DNA of 64,000 nucleotides from positions 27,516 through 91,515 of the forward strand of contig JBFLVL010000009.1 in assembly GCA_040758495.1 (NCBI GenBank), written 5' to 3'. Below are positions 11,962 through 20,800 of the stretch, in pieces; positions within the stretch are counted from its first letter, which is position 1, and each line of letters starts with the position of its first letter. The stretch comes from Chloroflexota bacterium (GTDB lineage Bacteria; Chloroflexota; Anaerolineae; Anaerolineales; JBFLVL01). Under the pieces are notes generated by a model. That model was not told where the DNA came from. It searched no databases and saw only the letters and a program-made list of their open reading frames with translations. Position numbers and translations under genes: made by a program.

Positions 11962-12009
11962 GGAAACAAAAAAATAACAAGCGCATGAGAGCCCTCGCTT
12001 CTCAAGCGC
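11962..12009 (-). terminator. Intrinsic terminator/attenuator hairpin in the rpoC leader
   Basis: The minus-strand RNA reads GCGCUUGAGA-AGCGAGGGC-UCUCAUGCGC, a 10-bp stem with one mismatch, followed by UUGUUAUUUUUUUGUUUCC. An upstream 5-bp hairpin (GCGCU-GUACG-AGCGC, 12006-12020) shares 4 nt with the terminator's 5' arm. Confidence 0.6.
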
Positions 12010-12042
12010 TCGTACAGCGCCTATTTCCATATTTTCGCCGCT

Positions 12043-12070
12043 ATTATATGGATTTCTAGTTTGTTGTCAA
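12043..12070 (-). promoter_or_regulatory. Consensus sigma-A-type promoter (TTGACA-16 nt-TATAAT) between the kinase stop and rpoC
   Basis: On the minus strand, TTGACA is the complement of 12065-12070 and TATAAT is the complement of 12043-12048. Both hexamers match the consensus perfectly, with a 16-nt spacer. Confidence 0.55.
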
Positions 12071-12123
12071 GAGAAGCTAAAAATTCCCTTTTTTGATTAC
12101 CAGAACTACTGTAAGGTATGGCA

Positions 12124-15100
12124 TCACGTTTCATAGGACGGAGCAGATGTGGTGCTCTTGCCATTTTTCCCTTGTCGAAATGGCACTTCCAGGAAAAAAA
12201 CACTTCCCTTCCCTAATTCGCTCTCTACCCAAACCTTGCCATTGTGCCACTCAGCTACTGACTTCACAATGGCTAATCCCAACCCAAGGCTTTCCACCAC
12301 CCCTTCGCCAATGCGCTTGGCTCGGTAGAACTTTTCGAAAATATGCACTTGGTCTACAGGCGCAATTCCAGCACCGTTATCTATCACCTTAAAGAGCATA
12401 CCACTCGGTCTGCTTTCCACACAGATAGTTACTCTCTCGCCTGCGTTGGAAAATTTTATTGCATTGTCTAGAAGATTAAATAACGCCCGGTGTATAAATG
12501 TACGGTCGGCTTCGAAAACAGGGATGACATCAGATGGTATATCTTTACTAATCTGGATGTTGCGCTGAGCTGCCTCTGCCTTGAGATCATTCACAACTTG
12601 CTCAATTAACTCCGCCACACGCACAACCTCGAACTGCAAACCCAACCCTGCTTCAATACGTCTCATATCCAACAAGTTTGTAACCAACCGTGACATATCC
12701 TCGGCGCCCAACAATATTTTTTCCAAGCAGATTTTTTGTTGATTGTTCAACTCCCCTACTTTTTCTATCATTGAACTGTATCCCTTGATTACTCTAAGTG
12801 GGGTGCGCAGATCGTGACTTACCGTGTCCAGGAAATCGGATTTAAGCTTATCTAACTCCATCAGTCTGGTCACATCCCGTAACACACATACTCGTCCTTG
12901 ATTTTTCCCCTCAGACATAACACCCGATAATGAAATGAAATAATGCCGTTGGTCCGGAAGTTGTATCCTTACCGATTGTCTGTCTGGTACTGCGAGATGA
13001 AATAACTCCAATATGTCAGGAGAAGTTATTACTTGTTCTATTGGCTTTCCCTCGGCATCGCCAAACTTTGTCCCAAACACATTACAGGCTGCAGGGTTTA
13101 GAAGCAATATACATCCTTTTTCGTCTGTAACCAGTACGGGGTCGGGTGTTGACGATAGGATAGCGGCCAGTCGTTGCCGACCCACTTCTGCTCTTTGGTA
13201 CAACTGGGCGTTTGCCACTGCCACAGTAGCGTGACTCGCCAGGGTCGTCAGAAACCGGGTCTCCTCCGCAGAGAAGGCATGAGGTACTTTATAAGCGATC
13301 CATAATGCACCGTAGTACGTCTTTCGATTTCGCAAAGATAATCCCAAAAGGGCTCCAGGTAAAACAGTTGAGGATATCTTGGAAAAGATATGGGATTTTT
13401 CAGTGGAATTTACCACCAATCTTTCTTGTTTATTCAGCCATAAGAAGATTTGCTTATCCAGCACATGATATCGTTCTGCAGATTCGCCTAGCCCAAGCTG
13501 GACCTGCCCTTCTTTATTTAAATTTAATGGCAACACTTCAGGGTTCAGGACAACACGCGCGGAATCAGCACCCACGCTCAAAGCTGCCTCCAGCACCGGT
13601 CGCAAGGACGCCTCCACCTCCAAATTTGCCGCCACTCCCTGACTTACTACCAATAAACGATTTAATTCTCCCAATTGATTATGCAAACTTTGTCGCATTT
13701 GTTCAAATGCTTTGGCAAGCTGCCCAATCTCATCCTCTCCCTTGACAACGAGTGAACGATCAAGATGACCCCTGGCAACATACTTGGTTTCATCCACCAA
13801 AACACGCAAAGAACTGGTCGCTCGTGTGCCAGTAAAATACAAGGCAACAAAAACAAACGCGGCTAAAAATACTAACCACCCAAGTAATGGCGTAGCTATA
13901 TCGAAAGCCAATATCTTGGTGTATTTTCCAGGTATGCTCAAAACGATCGCCCAAGGTTGACCAACCGCGGGTTGATAATAGACAAATTGACGTGTGCCAT
14001 CAGAAGCAATATCTGGCATCAGCGAGGGGGTCGTTGAGGTCTCTCCAGTATATTCACTCATTAACAAACTTGGATCAGGATGATAGATGATTCTGCTTTG
14101 TTCATCTATTACGAAGCCTACACCTCCCGTATCATACAGACTATCTAAATTGTGTATAAAGGGATGAGTAAGGGGGTTGGTCACCAGATCTGTTCGACCC
14201 AGTAATGCACCTAAATAGGTCCCATCTGCTTTTTTCACCCCAGTCATAAATGAAATTTGGGCAGATGTTTCTCCAGGCACAGGAAGTACTATATACGTTA
14301 ACAATGGCACTCCCTGAAGCGATATACCAATGCCTTGGATTTCACCTACAGTGATGTTATCGGCTCGGATTTCTCGCAAAGGATAACCAGCTATATAATT
14401 TCCTTCGCGGTCCAAAATATACAATTGACGGAAAAATGGGACTTCCTGTATCTTTTCAGCTAACAGGTTAGGTAATTCTGCTTGTGGGGTAGTTGATAAC
14501 CGCTCGTCAGAGGCAATTAGCATCAGGAAATTCTGGCCGGCTTCAAAAAATAAAGGGATGGCCTCTGCAGCCGTTTGAGCCGTACCCCTTAACCGGGATG
14601 CTAACATCTCTCTAGCTGCACTATCCGCCCTGTTCCAAATACTCACAGATAGAATAATTAATGTTATGCCAAAAGAAATCCCAACTGGATAGGTTATTTG
14701 GTTTTGTAAACTATTTTCCAAAGGTGAAGTACGCCATGGCTTTTGGCCTCCCCAAGAATGAGGCCAAAACAAGGCTGCACTCTCAGCAATTACACCTGAA
14801 ACGAACAACTGCAATGCCATAGCAAGCATCGTCATTTCCAGTTGTACCTGGACGTAATCTAAACGTTCTATTAGCTGACCCCTTATCTCGAGTAACCTGG
14901 AAGCAAAAAACAATAATACATAACCACAGGGGATAATTAGGGCGTGGGTTATTGGATGGCGCAATGCTCTAAAGGAGAGTGTGCGATAGGATTGCCTGAG
15001 CATAGCCCCAATAACGGTACCTATAATCATCCACTCAAAAATGGTATATGTCGAGTGTGTCTCCCAGAAGCTTACAAGTAAACCAGAAAACGCTGCCAAT

Positions 15101-15444
15101 AATCCAGAATACAACGGGCCATAAAAACCCCCAGCCAACATCCATGGTAAAGAAACAAAAAGTAAAGCAAGGGGGCCTATGGTCTCAACTGACATACCAG
15201 GAGGTGACATAAAACCTGATGCCGGAAACCTCCAGGCAAAAAATAAACTGGTAAAAGGCGAAATGATACAAAGACCGATAAATCCCCCCCAATCACGAGT
15301 GTTTAATCTTCCGTTATAGCCTCGAAATCTCCATTGGAAAAAAAGAGCCAGTCCTAAAAATCCAAATAGCCCCAACCAACCAATCGCCTGGACGGGAAAA
15401 AGGATATACGCTGCATTATCAAGTAGGGAAAATATGAATTTCAT
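12124..15444 (-). CDS. Multi-domain membrane sensor histidine kinase (multi-TM N-terminus, Cache-like, HAMP, GAF, PAS, HisKA, HATPase_c)
   Basis: The 1106-aa ORF has the H-box FLDTVSHDLRTPL, the N-box LFNLLDNAIKFS, and the G-boxes VIDNGAGI and GLGLAIVK. About 8 hydrophobic helices lie in the first ~270 aa, and a second TM pair flanks a segment ~250 aa long that is predicted extracytoplasmic. No response regulator gene is adjacent. Confidence 0.9.
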   Translation of the reverse strand: MKFIFSLLDNAAYILFPVQAIGWLGLFGFLGLALFFQWRFRGYNGRLNTRDWGGFIGLCIISPFTSLFFAWRFPASGFMSPPGMSVETIGPLALLFVSLPWMLAGGFYGPLYSGLLAAFSGLLVSFWETHSTYTIFEWMIIGTVIGAMLRQSYRTLSFRALRHPITHALIIPCGYVLLFFASRLLEIRGQLIERLDYVQVQLEMTMLAMALQLFVSGVIAESAALFWPHSWGGQKPWRTSPLENSLQNQITYPVGISFGITLIILSVSIWNRADSAAREMLASRLRGTAQTAAEAIPLFFEAGQNFLMLIASDERLSTTPQAELPNLLAEKIQEVPFFRQLYILDREGNYIAGYPLREIRADNITVGEIQGIGISLQGVPLLTYIVLPVPGETSAQISFMTGVKKADGTYLGALLGRTDLVTNPLTHPFIHNLDSLYDTGGVGFVIDEQSRIIYHPDPSLLMSEYTGETSTTPSLMPDIASDGTRQFVYYQPAVGQPWAIVLSIPGKYTKILAFDIATPLLGWLVFLAAFVFVALYFTGTRATSSLRVLVDETKYVARGHLDRSLVVKGEDEIGQLAKAFEQMRQSLHNQLGELNRLLVVSQGVAANLEVEASLRPVLEAALSVGADSARVVLNPEVLPLNLNKEGQVQLGLGESAERYHVLDKQIFLWLNKQERLVVNSTEKSHIFSKISSTVLPGALLGLSLRNRKTYYGALWIAYKVPHAFSAEETRFLTTLASHATVAVANAQLYQRAEVGRQRLAAILSSTPDPVLVTDEKGCILLLNPAACNVFGTKFGDAEGKPIEQVITSPDILELFHLAVPDRQSVRIQLPDQRHYFISLSGVMSEGKNQGRVCVLRDVTRLMELDKLKSDFLDTVSHDLRTPLRVIKGYSSMIEKVGELNNQQKICLEKILLGAEDMSRLVTNLLDMRRIEAGLGLQFEVVRVAELIEQVVNDLKAEAAQRNIQISKDIPSDVIPVFEADRTFIHRALFNLLDNAIKFSNAGERVTICVESRPSGMLFKVIDNGAGIAPVDQVHIFEKFYRAKRIGEGVVESLGLGLAIVKSVAEWHNGKVWVESELGKGSVFFLEVPFRQGKNGKSTTSAPSYET

Positions 15445-15460
15445 GCGCTGGTTGCAAGCA

Positions 15461-16189
15461 TTATAGCATCTGAATGGTCTCTTCAGTAGCTTGCGTTAAA
15501 TCCTCATACACACCCCTCCTATCTTCTGGCAACATCCTGGCTACTACGTATAAAGCTTCATCGGTCATCTGACGTAACTGCTCCCTCCTGGCATCTCTTA
15601 GTTCCGGTCTAAAACGGAACGGTCGCCCAAAACATACAACCGCGCCTGATTGCCTCCAAACACGCGAAAGTGGCAATGCGGGGAAACCCTCTGTTCCCTC
15701 AATAGCAATAGGTATCACTGTAGCATTTGTACGGCTGGCCAAATACGCAAACCCTTCTTTGCCCCTCTGAAGTGTTTTATTCCGAGTACCCTCAGGTGCC
15801 ATCAACACGATCTCCCCACCATCAAGAACTGCCTTTGCCTGCCTGAGCGCCTTACGGTCAAACCCCATCCTCTGGACAGGGATGACCCCATAGAGCCGGG
15901 GAAAAATGCCCACTATGGGATAGTCATAAACCTCTTTCTTCGCCAGGGGAACGATATTGCGAGGCACAACATGCAGTACGACGATAGGGTCTACAAAAGC
16001 GATGTGATTCATGATCAAGATGGCGGGTCCTGTTTGAGGTACATTCTCCAAGCCTTCCACTCGTCTTAGTCTAACCAATAAGGTAAATCCAACAGTGCGT
16101 AACAAAAAACGCAAAACATTCCGTTGGGATTCCCATTGAACGTGATGGTACATTCCTTCTACTGCAATACTCGACATGTTGACCCTCAA
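15461..16189 (-). CDS. 1-acyl-sn-glycerol-3-phosphate acyltransferase family protein (PlsC-like), copy 3
   Basis: The 242-aa ORF has the HX4D block NHIAFVDP and the APEGTR block. It has a 4-nt overlap with the upstream gene. Confidence 0.85.
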   Translation of the reverse strand: MRVNMSSIAVEGMYHHVQWESQRNVLRFLLRTVGFTLLVRLRRVEGLENVPQTGPAILIMNHIAFVDPIVVLHVVPRNIVPLAKKEVYDYPIVGIFPRLYGVIPVQRMGFDRKALRQAKAVLDGGEIVLMAPEGTRNKTLQRGKEGFAYLASRTNATVIPIAIEGTEGFPALPLSRVWRQSGAVVCFGRPFRFRPELRDARREQLRQMTDEALYVVARMLPEDRRGVYEDLTQATEETIQML

Positions 16190-16956
16190 TTGGATTCCAC
16201 CCGATGAGCATACACCCCACGGTATTTCTCGGGTAGTTGCTGTGCTAACTTCAACATAATCCGCTCTGTGCCCCCTCGGATGGCTTCCTTACGATCATCC
16301 ATCCATTCCAGACGGAACGCGGGTCCCACGGTCATGCTAACAGGCGTTCGCCGCAAGCGCTTCATGTTCTGGTAGATGATTTTGTTCTCCGTCCCAGTAA
16401 AGGTCACAGGGACAATGGGGACATCCTCTCTCAAAGCAATAAACGCGGCACCGCCCGTACCCGTTTCAAGTGCACCGGTTAAACTTTCGCGTCCTTCTGG
16501 GGCGACCATTAACAACCGCCCCTCCTTCAACGCCTGTAATCCTGCAGATATTGCTTTCCTGTCAGCTCTTCCACGATGTACCCAAATTACTCCAAAGGCA
16601 TCCATTATCTTTCCCAGGACAGGAAAATCATACAATTCGGATTTGGCTAAGGCTTCAAAACTGACCCCTGCCTTGGCAACAAATAGCACCGAATCAACAT
16701 CACCCAGATGGTTGATCACAATCAGTGCTGGTCCTTGGTGAGGTAGATACTCAAGACCCCGCACCTCAGCGGTAGTGAACAACCATAGCAAAAAACGCGT
16801 GAGAATGTGTACAAACCATCGGAACCCTCTTCGCCATATTGTCAAACGTGGCAAACGGGTAATTTTTGGTCGTACAGTTTCACTCCTGGGTTTTGGCGGT
16901 ATCTCGGACATATTCACTGTACACTCCTCGATATTCTCTGGGCAGTAAAGCAGCAA
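16186..16956 (-). CDS. PlsC-like lysophospholipid acyltransferase, copy 2
   Basis: The ORF has an HX4D-like block INHLGDVDS and the block APEGRES. The start is uncertain. The track start at 16956 overlaps the upstream gene by 77 nt, so an internal GTG at 16917 or ATG at 16911 is more likely. Confidence 0.8.
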   Translation of the reverse strand: MLLYCPENIEECTVNMSEIPPKPRSETVRPKITRLPRLTIWRRGFRWFVHILTRFLLWLFTTAEVRGLEYLPHQGPALIVINHLGDVDSVLFVAKAGVSFEALAKSELYDFPVLGKIMDAFGVIWVHRGRADRKAISAGLQALKEGRLLMVAPEGRESLTGALETGTGGAAFIALREDVPIVPVTFTGTENKIIYQNMKRLRRTPVSMTVGPAFRLEWMDDRKEAIRGGTERIMLKLAQQLPEKYRGVYAHRVESN

Positions 16957-17581
16957 TGTGACTCATCACCAGGTCAGTGTTCCGCTGGCGGGCTTCGCGT
17001 AAATCCCTCCCGCGCCCCATTAACGGAGGCACCCTCAATGGCAGGCCAACGCGCATTTCTAACCGCGGTCTTTCGCCCCGCAAAGCGCGGGACAACACAT
17101 CATCCGTCGTGCCCACTACCCCTACTGGGATTAATGGCACGTTGCTTTTTTCCAGCAAATAAGCCACACCAGGTTTCCCCTGGCGCAATCCCGGTTCGTG
17201 CGAACGCCCGCCCTCTGGAGCTATTAACAACGGACGGCCAGCACGCAACACCCTGAGCATGTTATCAATCACGCGTCGGTCGTACATGCCGCGGTGAATC
17301 TGTAAACCTCCGTACATTTTGGCTAACAGTGATTGACCCGCCCTCTCCCACACCTCTGCAGCACCCGCAACCTCTGGAATAACCGGCCAAAAAGCTACCA
17401 CAAAAGGTGGGTCATATAAGGAAACATGGTTAGGACTGATAATGTATGCGCCCTCTTTGGGAACATGTTCCAGACCAGTGATCTGGATGCGGAACAATAC
17501 CCGGAACAACCCGCGAAAAATGACACGCAAGATGGAGCGACCTACACGGTTTCTCATTGGAACTTTATACGTTCTATCCAT
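16880..17581 (-). CDS. PlsC-like lysophospholipid acyltransferase, copy 1
   Basis: The 233-aa ORF has the blocks PNHVSLYDP and APEGGRS. Confidence 0.85.
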   Translation of the reverse strand: MDRTYKVPMRNRVGRSILRVIFRGLFRVLFRIQITGLEHVPKEGAYIISPNHVSLYDPPFVVAFWPVIPEVAGAAEVWERAGQSLLAKMYGGLQIHRGMYDRRVIDNMLRVLRAGRPLLIAPEGGRSHEPGLRQGKPGVAYLLEKSNVPLIPVGVVGTTDDVLSRALRGERPRLEMRVGLPLRVPPLMGRGRDLREARQRNTDLVMSHIAALLPREYRGVYSEYVRDTAKTQE

Positions 17582-17590
17582 ATTGCTTCC

Positions 17591-18274
17591 TCACTCTGTC
17601 CTGGCAGAAGATTTGAGGATGAGTTCTTTCGCCCTTTCAAACACCTGATCAGCGTTTAGATGGTTTGAGTTAAAGATAACCGCATCATCAGCGGGGCGCA
17701 ACGGTGCTACATCCCTACCAGAATCCAATGCATCTCGTTTCTGCATGGATTTCAGGATATCTTCATATCGAACACGTTCTTTGCGCGCCTGACACTCTAA
17801 ATAACGACGACGAGCTCTTTCATCCACAGAAGCATCCAGATAAATTTTCACCTCAGCCTCTGGTAATATTACAGTTCCGATGTCTCTACCCACCATCACT
17901 GTGTTCCCTCGAAGGCCTATGCGCCTCTGTTGGGCAGATAAGGCTTTACGTACCCCAGTGTACATAGAGGGATATGACACGTTGGCATCTACCTGGGAGG
18001 AGCGGATATCCCAGGTTACATCCTCCCCATTCAATAACACGTCATACATCCGACCGTCGTCCTTTGATGGTGGTAACACGTCAATTTCTATTTCGTTCGC
18101 CAGGGTTTGCAAAGCTGCCTCATCTTCCATGTGAATACCCCGCTGCAAGGCAGCCAAAGTAACCGCCCGGTACATCACCCCTGTATCAAAATACAAATAC
18201 CCGAAAGTTTCAGCCAACCTTCGGCCTAGCGTGGATTTTCCAGATGCCGCGGGCCCATCTATAGCTATAATCAT
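17591..18274 (-). CDS. cmk: Cytidylate kinase
   Basis: The 227-aa ORF has the P-loop IIAIDGPAASGKST and the motifs YFDTGVMYRA and VMVGRDIGTVILP. Confidence 0.93.
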   Translation of the reverse strand: MIIAIDGPAASGKSTLGRRLAETFGYLYFDTGVMYRAVTLAALQRGIHMEDEAALQTLANEIEIDVLPPSKDDGRMYDVLLNGEDVTWDIRSSQVDANVSYPSMYTGVRKALSAQQRRIGLRGNTVMVGRDIGTVILPEAEVKIYLDASVDERARRRYLECQARKERVRYEDILKSMQKRDALDSGRDVAPLRPADDAVIFNSNHLNADQVFERAKELILKSSARTE

Positions 18275-18335
18275 CCACCAACACCATATTTTTGATGCAA
18301 TTGCTAATGTCCTGAAAAAGGATCAACACAACCAA

Positions 18336-20102
18336 TCAACGGACAGGCTCCTCTAGCGGCTCCTCAACTGGTTGATGGGTCTCGCTCTCTACGGTGATCT
18401 CACCATTGGGGAACAGATCACCACGCACCCATAACACGAGGGCTTCTGTTCGGGTGGGTAACTCCCTCTGTGTGAGCCATCGGAGTATATTCGTAGACCA
18501 AAGCTCATTCCAGATCACAACGGAACGCCAGGCAAAATCCTGACCGCGGTACATCGCGGTTTGGCGTGGCTCTCCAGATTCTTTAGGCAACACAATCACT
18601 TCAGAGGCTGCACCCGTTTCCAGCCCAGATTGAAATCTGGCATTGGTGAAATCCCTTAAAACCCATCTCAAAGCTGGAGAATCTACATCCACTACCACAA
18701 CATTCACTGCTTCACGATCCCCTGTACGCCACTTGCTCAATTCACCCAGTGTCTGCAACAATAAATCTGCCTGTACAATTTCATCACCAGACCTCCACAA
18801 TGGGTTACTTGCCTGTGATCGAAGTTGAGAAGCTCCAAAGGACGCGCTCACAGTTAGAAGTGCCAACCCCACCCCAAATCCGAATGCGAAACCCCGCCGA
18901 GCTTCTGCCAGGGACCATCCCAAAGATACCAATAAAAACGATAACGTCTGGATGACCACCACCCCACCCAGCGCGATCCACCGCAGCCGGTACATTTCTA
19001 TCTGGGGAGACGTGCGTCCCAGAGAGACCAGATCCAACCAACCGAAGGCAAACAATACCAACGTCAACGCAGCCAGCCCCCACTCAACAGGTGAATGCCT
19101 CCACCTACGAAAAATACGAGCCAACCCAATCCCCGCCAGAGACCACAAAGGCACAAGTGACCAAGCCAGATCACCAAAATCCCTGGCCGGATAGGCTAAC
19201 GCTAAACCTGTTGCAACCACCCACCACAGGCACAACCACCTGCCCAACGCATGCCGTTCCCTCCAAACAACTATTGCCCCCACAACTCCAAACACAATTG
19301 CCAACGACTGGTCGCATAACACCATCAATAAATGGGAAGCAGGTTCACCGCCTCCCGTTCCCCACCCGCGCAGATAAGCAGGCAAGGAACCGACCATGGC
19401 ATTTATTCCATTAGGGAAAAAGAACAACATGGTACCAACAACTAGCAGAGTCGTTCCCCCGGCAATCAAACCTTTCCGGATAAATTCACCAAGGTCACGA
19501 TCGGACATCACGCCTGCTACCGTACCCACATCGGGGGACTCCACCTGGACGGGACCCAAAGCCCGCGCCACCCCCAGCGTGGTCGCCAACCCAATCACCC
19601 CCGGCCAGATTGCCGTCCCCGAGAGCAAAGCCCAAGCCCCCCATATACCTGTCCAGATCGCAGAACCACTCCACAAGGCCGTCAATGCAAACAAGGTAAA
19701 AGCTACCGCCAGTAACGGACTACCAGCCACCCGTGACAACGCCACCAGCCCAGGATCCAACGCCAGCCCAAAAGCAAGGATCAACCCTGCCACCCTTCCT
19801 AACCTATCCCGCCATAAATAGGGCACCCAAACCAGGGCACTGCCTGCCAGTACAGGCCACAACCTGGCCATGATAGCATTCGTACCAAAAAGGAAGAATA
19901 AAAAGGCAGTAGGTAGAACATACCCCGGTTGTGGACCCAGGAGGACTTCTTCACCCCGCACCAAAGCGAGGGCTTGTAAAGCCCAACTGGCCTCCACATC
20001 TGAAAGGGGTATTAAACCCAAATTGATTAACCGCACCCCCACAGCAAGCAAAAATGCCAGCAGATATAAAATGAGTTCGTTAGAGAAATTCCTTTTGTTC
20101 AT
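18336..20102 (-). CDS. Polytopic membrane protein, GT-C (PMT_2/ArnT-like) glycosyltransferase candidate with a C-terminal soluble domain
   Basis: The 588-aa ORF has more than 10 hydrophobic helices. The first loop motif RLINLGLIPLSDVEASWALQA resembles the D/E-containing first-loop motif of GT-C enzymes. The function is inferred. Confidence 0.6.
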   Translation of the reverse strand: MNKRNFSNELILYLLAFLLAVGVRLINLGLIPLSDVEASWALQALALVRGEEVLLGPQPGYVLPTAFLFFLFGTNAIMARLWPVLAGSALVWVPYLWRDRLGRVAGLILAFGLALDPGLVALSRVAGSPLLAVAFTLFALTALWSGSAIWTGIWGAWALLSGTAIWPGVIGLATTLGVARALGPVQVESPDVGTVAGVMSDRDLGEFIRKGLIAGGTTLLVVGTMLFFFPNGINAMVGSLPAYLRGWGTGGGEPASHLLMVLCDQSLAIVFGVVGAIVVWRERHALGRWLCLWWVVATGLALAYPARDFGDLAWSLVPLWSLAGIGLARIFRRWRHSPVEWGLAALTLVLFAFGWLDLVSLGRTSPQIEMYRLRWIALGGVVVIQTLSFLLVSLGWSLAEARRGFAFGFGVGLALLTVSASFGASQLRSQASNPLWRSGDEIVQADLLLQTLGELSKWRTGDREAVNVVVVDVDSPALRWVLRDFTNARFQSGLETGAASEVIVLPKESGEPRQTAMYRGQDFAWRSVVIWNELWSTNILRWLTQRELPTRTEALVLWVRGDLFPNGEITVESETHQPVEEPLEEPVR

Positions 20103-20203
20103 GATACCGTCAAATTATATCGTAATGCTACTGCCCGGTCAGTCGAAAGAGCAGGTATAACCACAGCTATAGGGCTCAATACCCAAAGAAGGGAAAAACA
20201 TCA

Positions 20204-20755
20204 TTAAACCATATGCGATATAACGATACGCATGCCAATCAAGATCACACTGCCAACTATCTGCATTCTTCTTCCGAATGCCCGTCCTAATCTTGATCCC
20301 ATGGCAACCCTGATGACTGAAACCAACAAAGTGACCAGACCAATAAATAAGCTGGGGGTTAACACCTTTATCCTCAACATGGCCAATCCCAACCCAATGG
20401 CCAGTGTATCAATACTCGTGGCAGTTGACAGCATTAATAACATTAATCCCCTCGTCGGATTACTGTGCATTGAGCTTACTTTTTTATCATCATTATCTCT
20501 AATCATACGAATGGCTACAAAAAGCAGGAGCACAAAAGCAACCCAATGATCATAGAGCGCGATGACAGGTTCAATCCATATTCCTAGCGACCATCCAAGG
20601 ACAGTCATAAAGAATTGAAAGAATCCGAAATGGAAGGATAGCCGAAGCATGGACTGGATTCCCGTAGCTTTCCCAGCACTCCCCACTGCCAGGGAAACCG
20701 CGAAAGAGTCCATAGACAAACCGATAGCTATTAATAATATCTCCCAAAATTCCAA
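20204..20755 (-). CDS. mntP: Manganese efflux pump MntP (DUF204 family)
   Basis: The 183-aa ORF has 6 TM segments and the duplicated signature LSMDSFAVS / TSIDTLAIG. Confidence 0.85.
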   Translation of the reverse strand: MEFWEILLIAIGLSMDSFAVSLAVGSAGKATGIQSMLRLSFHFGFFQFFMTVLGWSLGIWIEPVIALYDHWVAFVLLLFVAIRMIRDNDDKKVSSMHSNPTRGLMLLMLSTATSIDTLAIGLGLAMLRIKVLTPSLFIGLVTLLVSVIRVAMGSRLGRAFGRRMQIVGSVILIGMRIVISHMV

Positions 20756-20800
20756 ATCACAGTTCTCCTATTTGTGCCAACAGTTTTTAGGGAGCTGCGT

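Noticed and set aside
12021-12392. ORFs 12021..12203(-) and 12093..12392(+) around the rpoC leader and the kinase 3' end
   Set aside because: They overlap promoter and terminator signals and the kinase HATPase domain, and show no coding features.
20756-20800. I looked for a yybP-ykoY Mn2+ riboswitch upstream of mntP
   Set aside because: Only 45 nt separate mntP from the upstream gene's stop. That is too short for the riboswitch, and no matching structure was seen.
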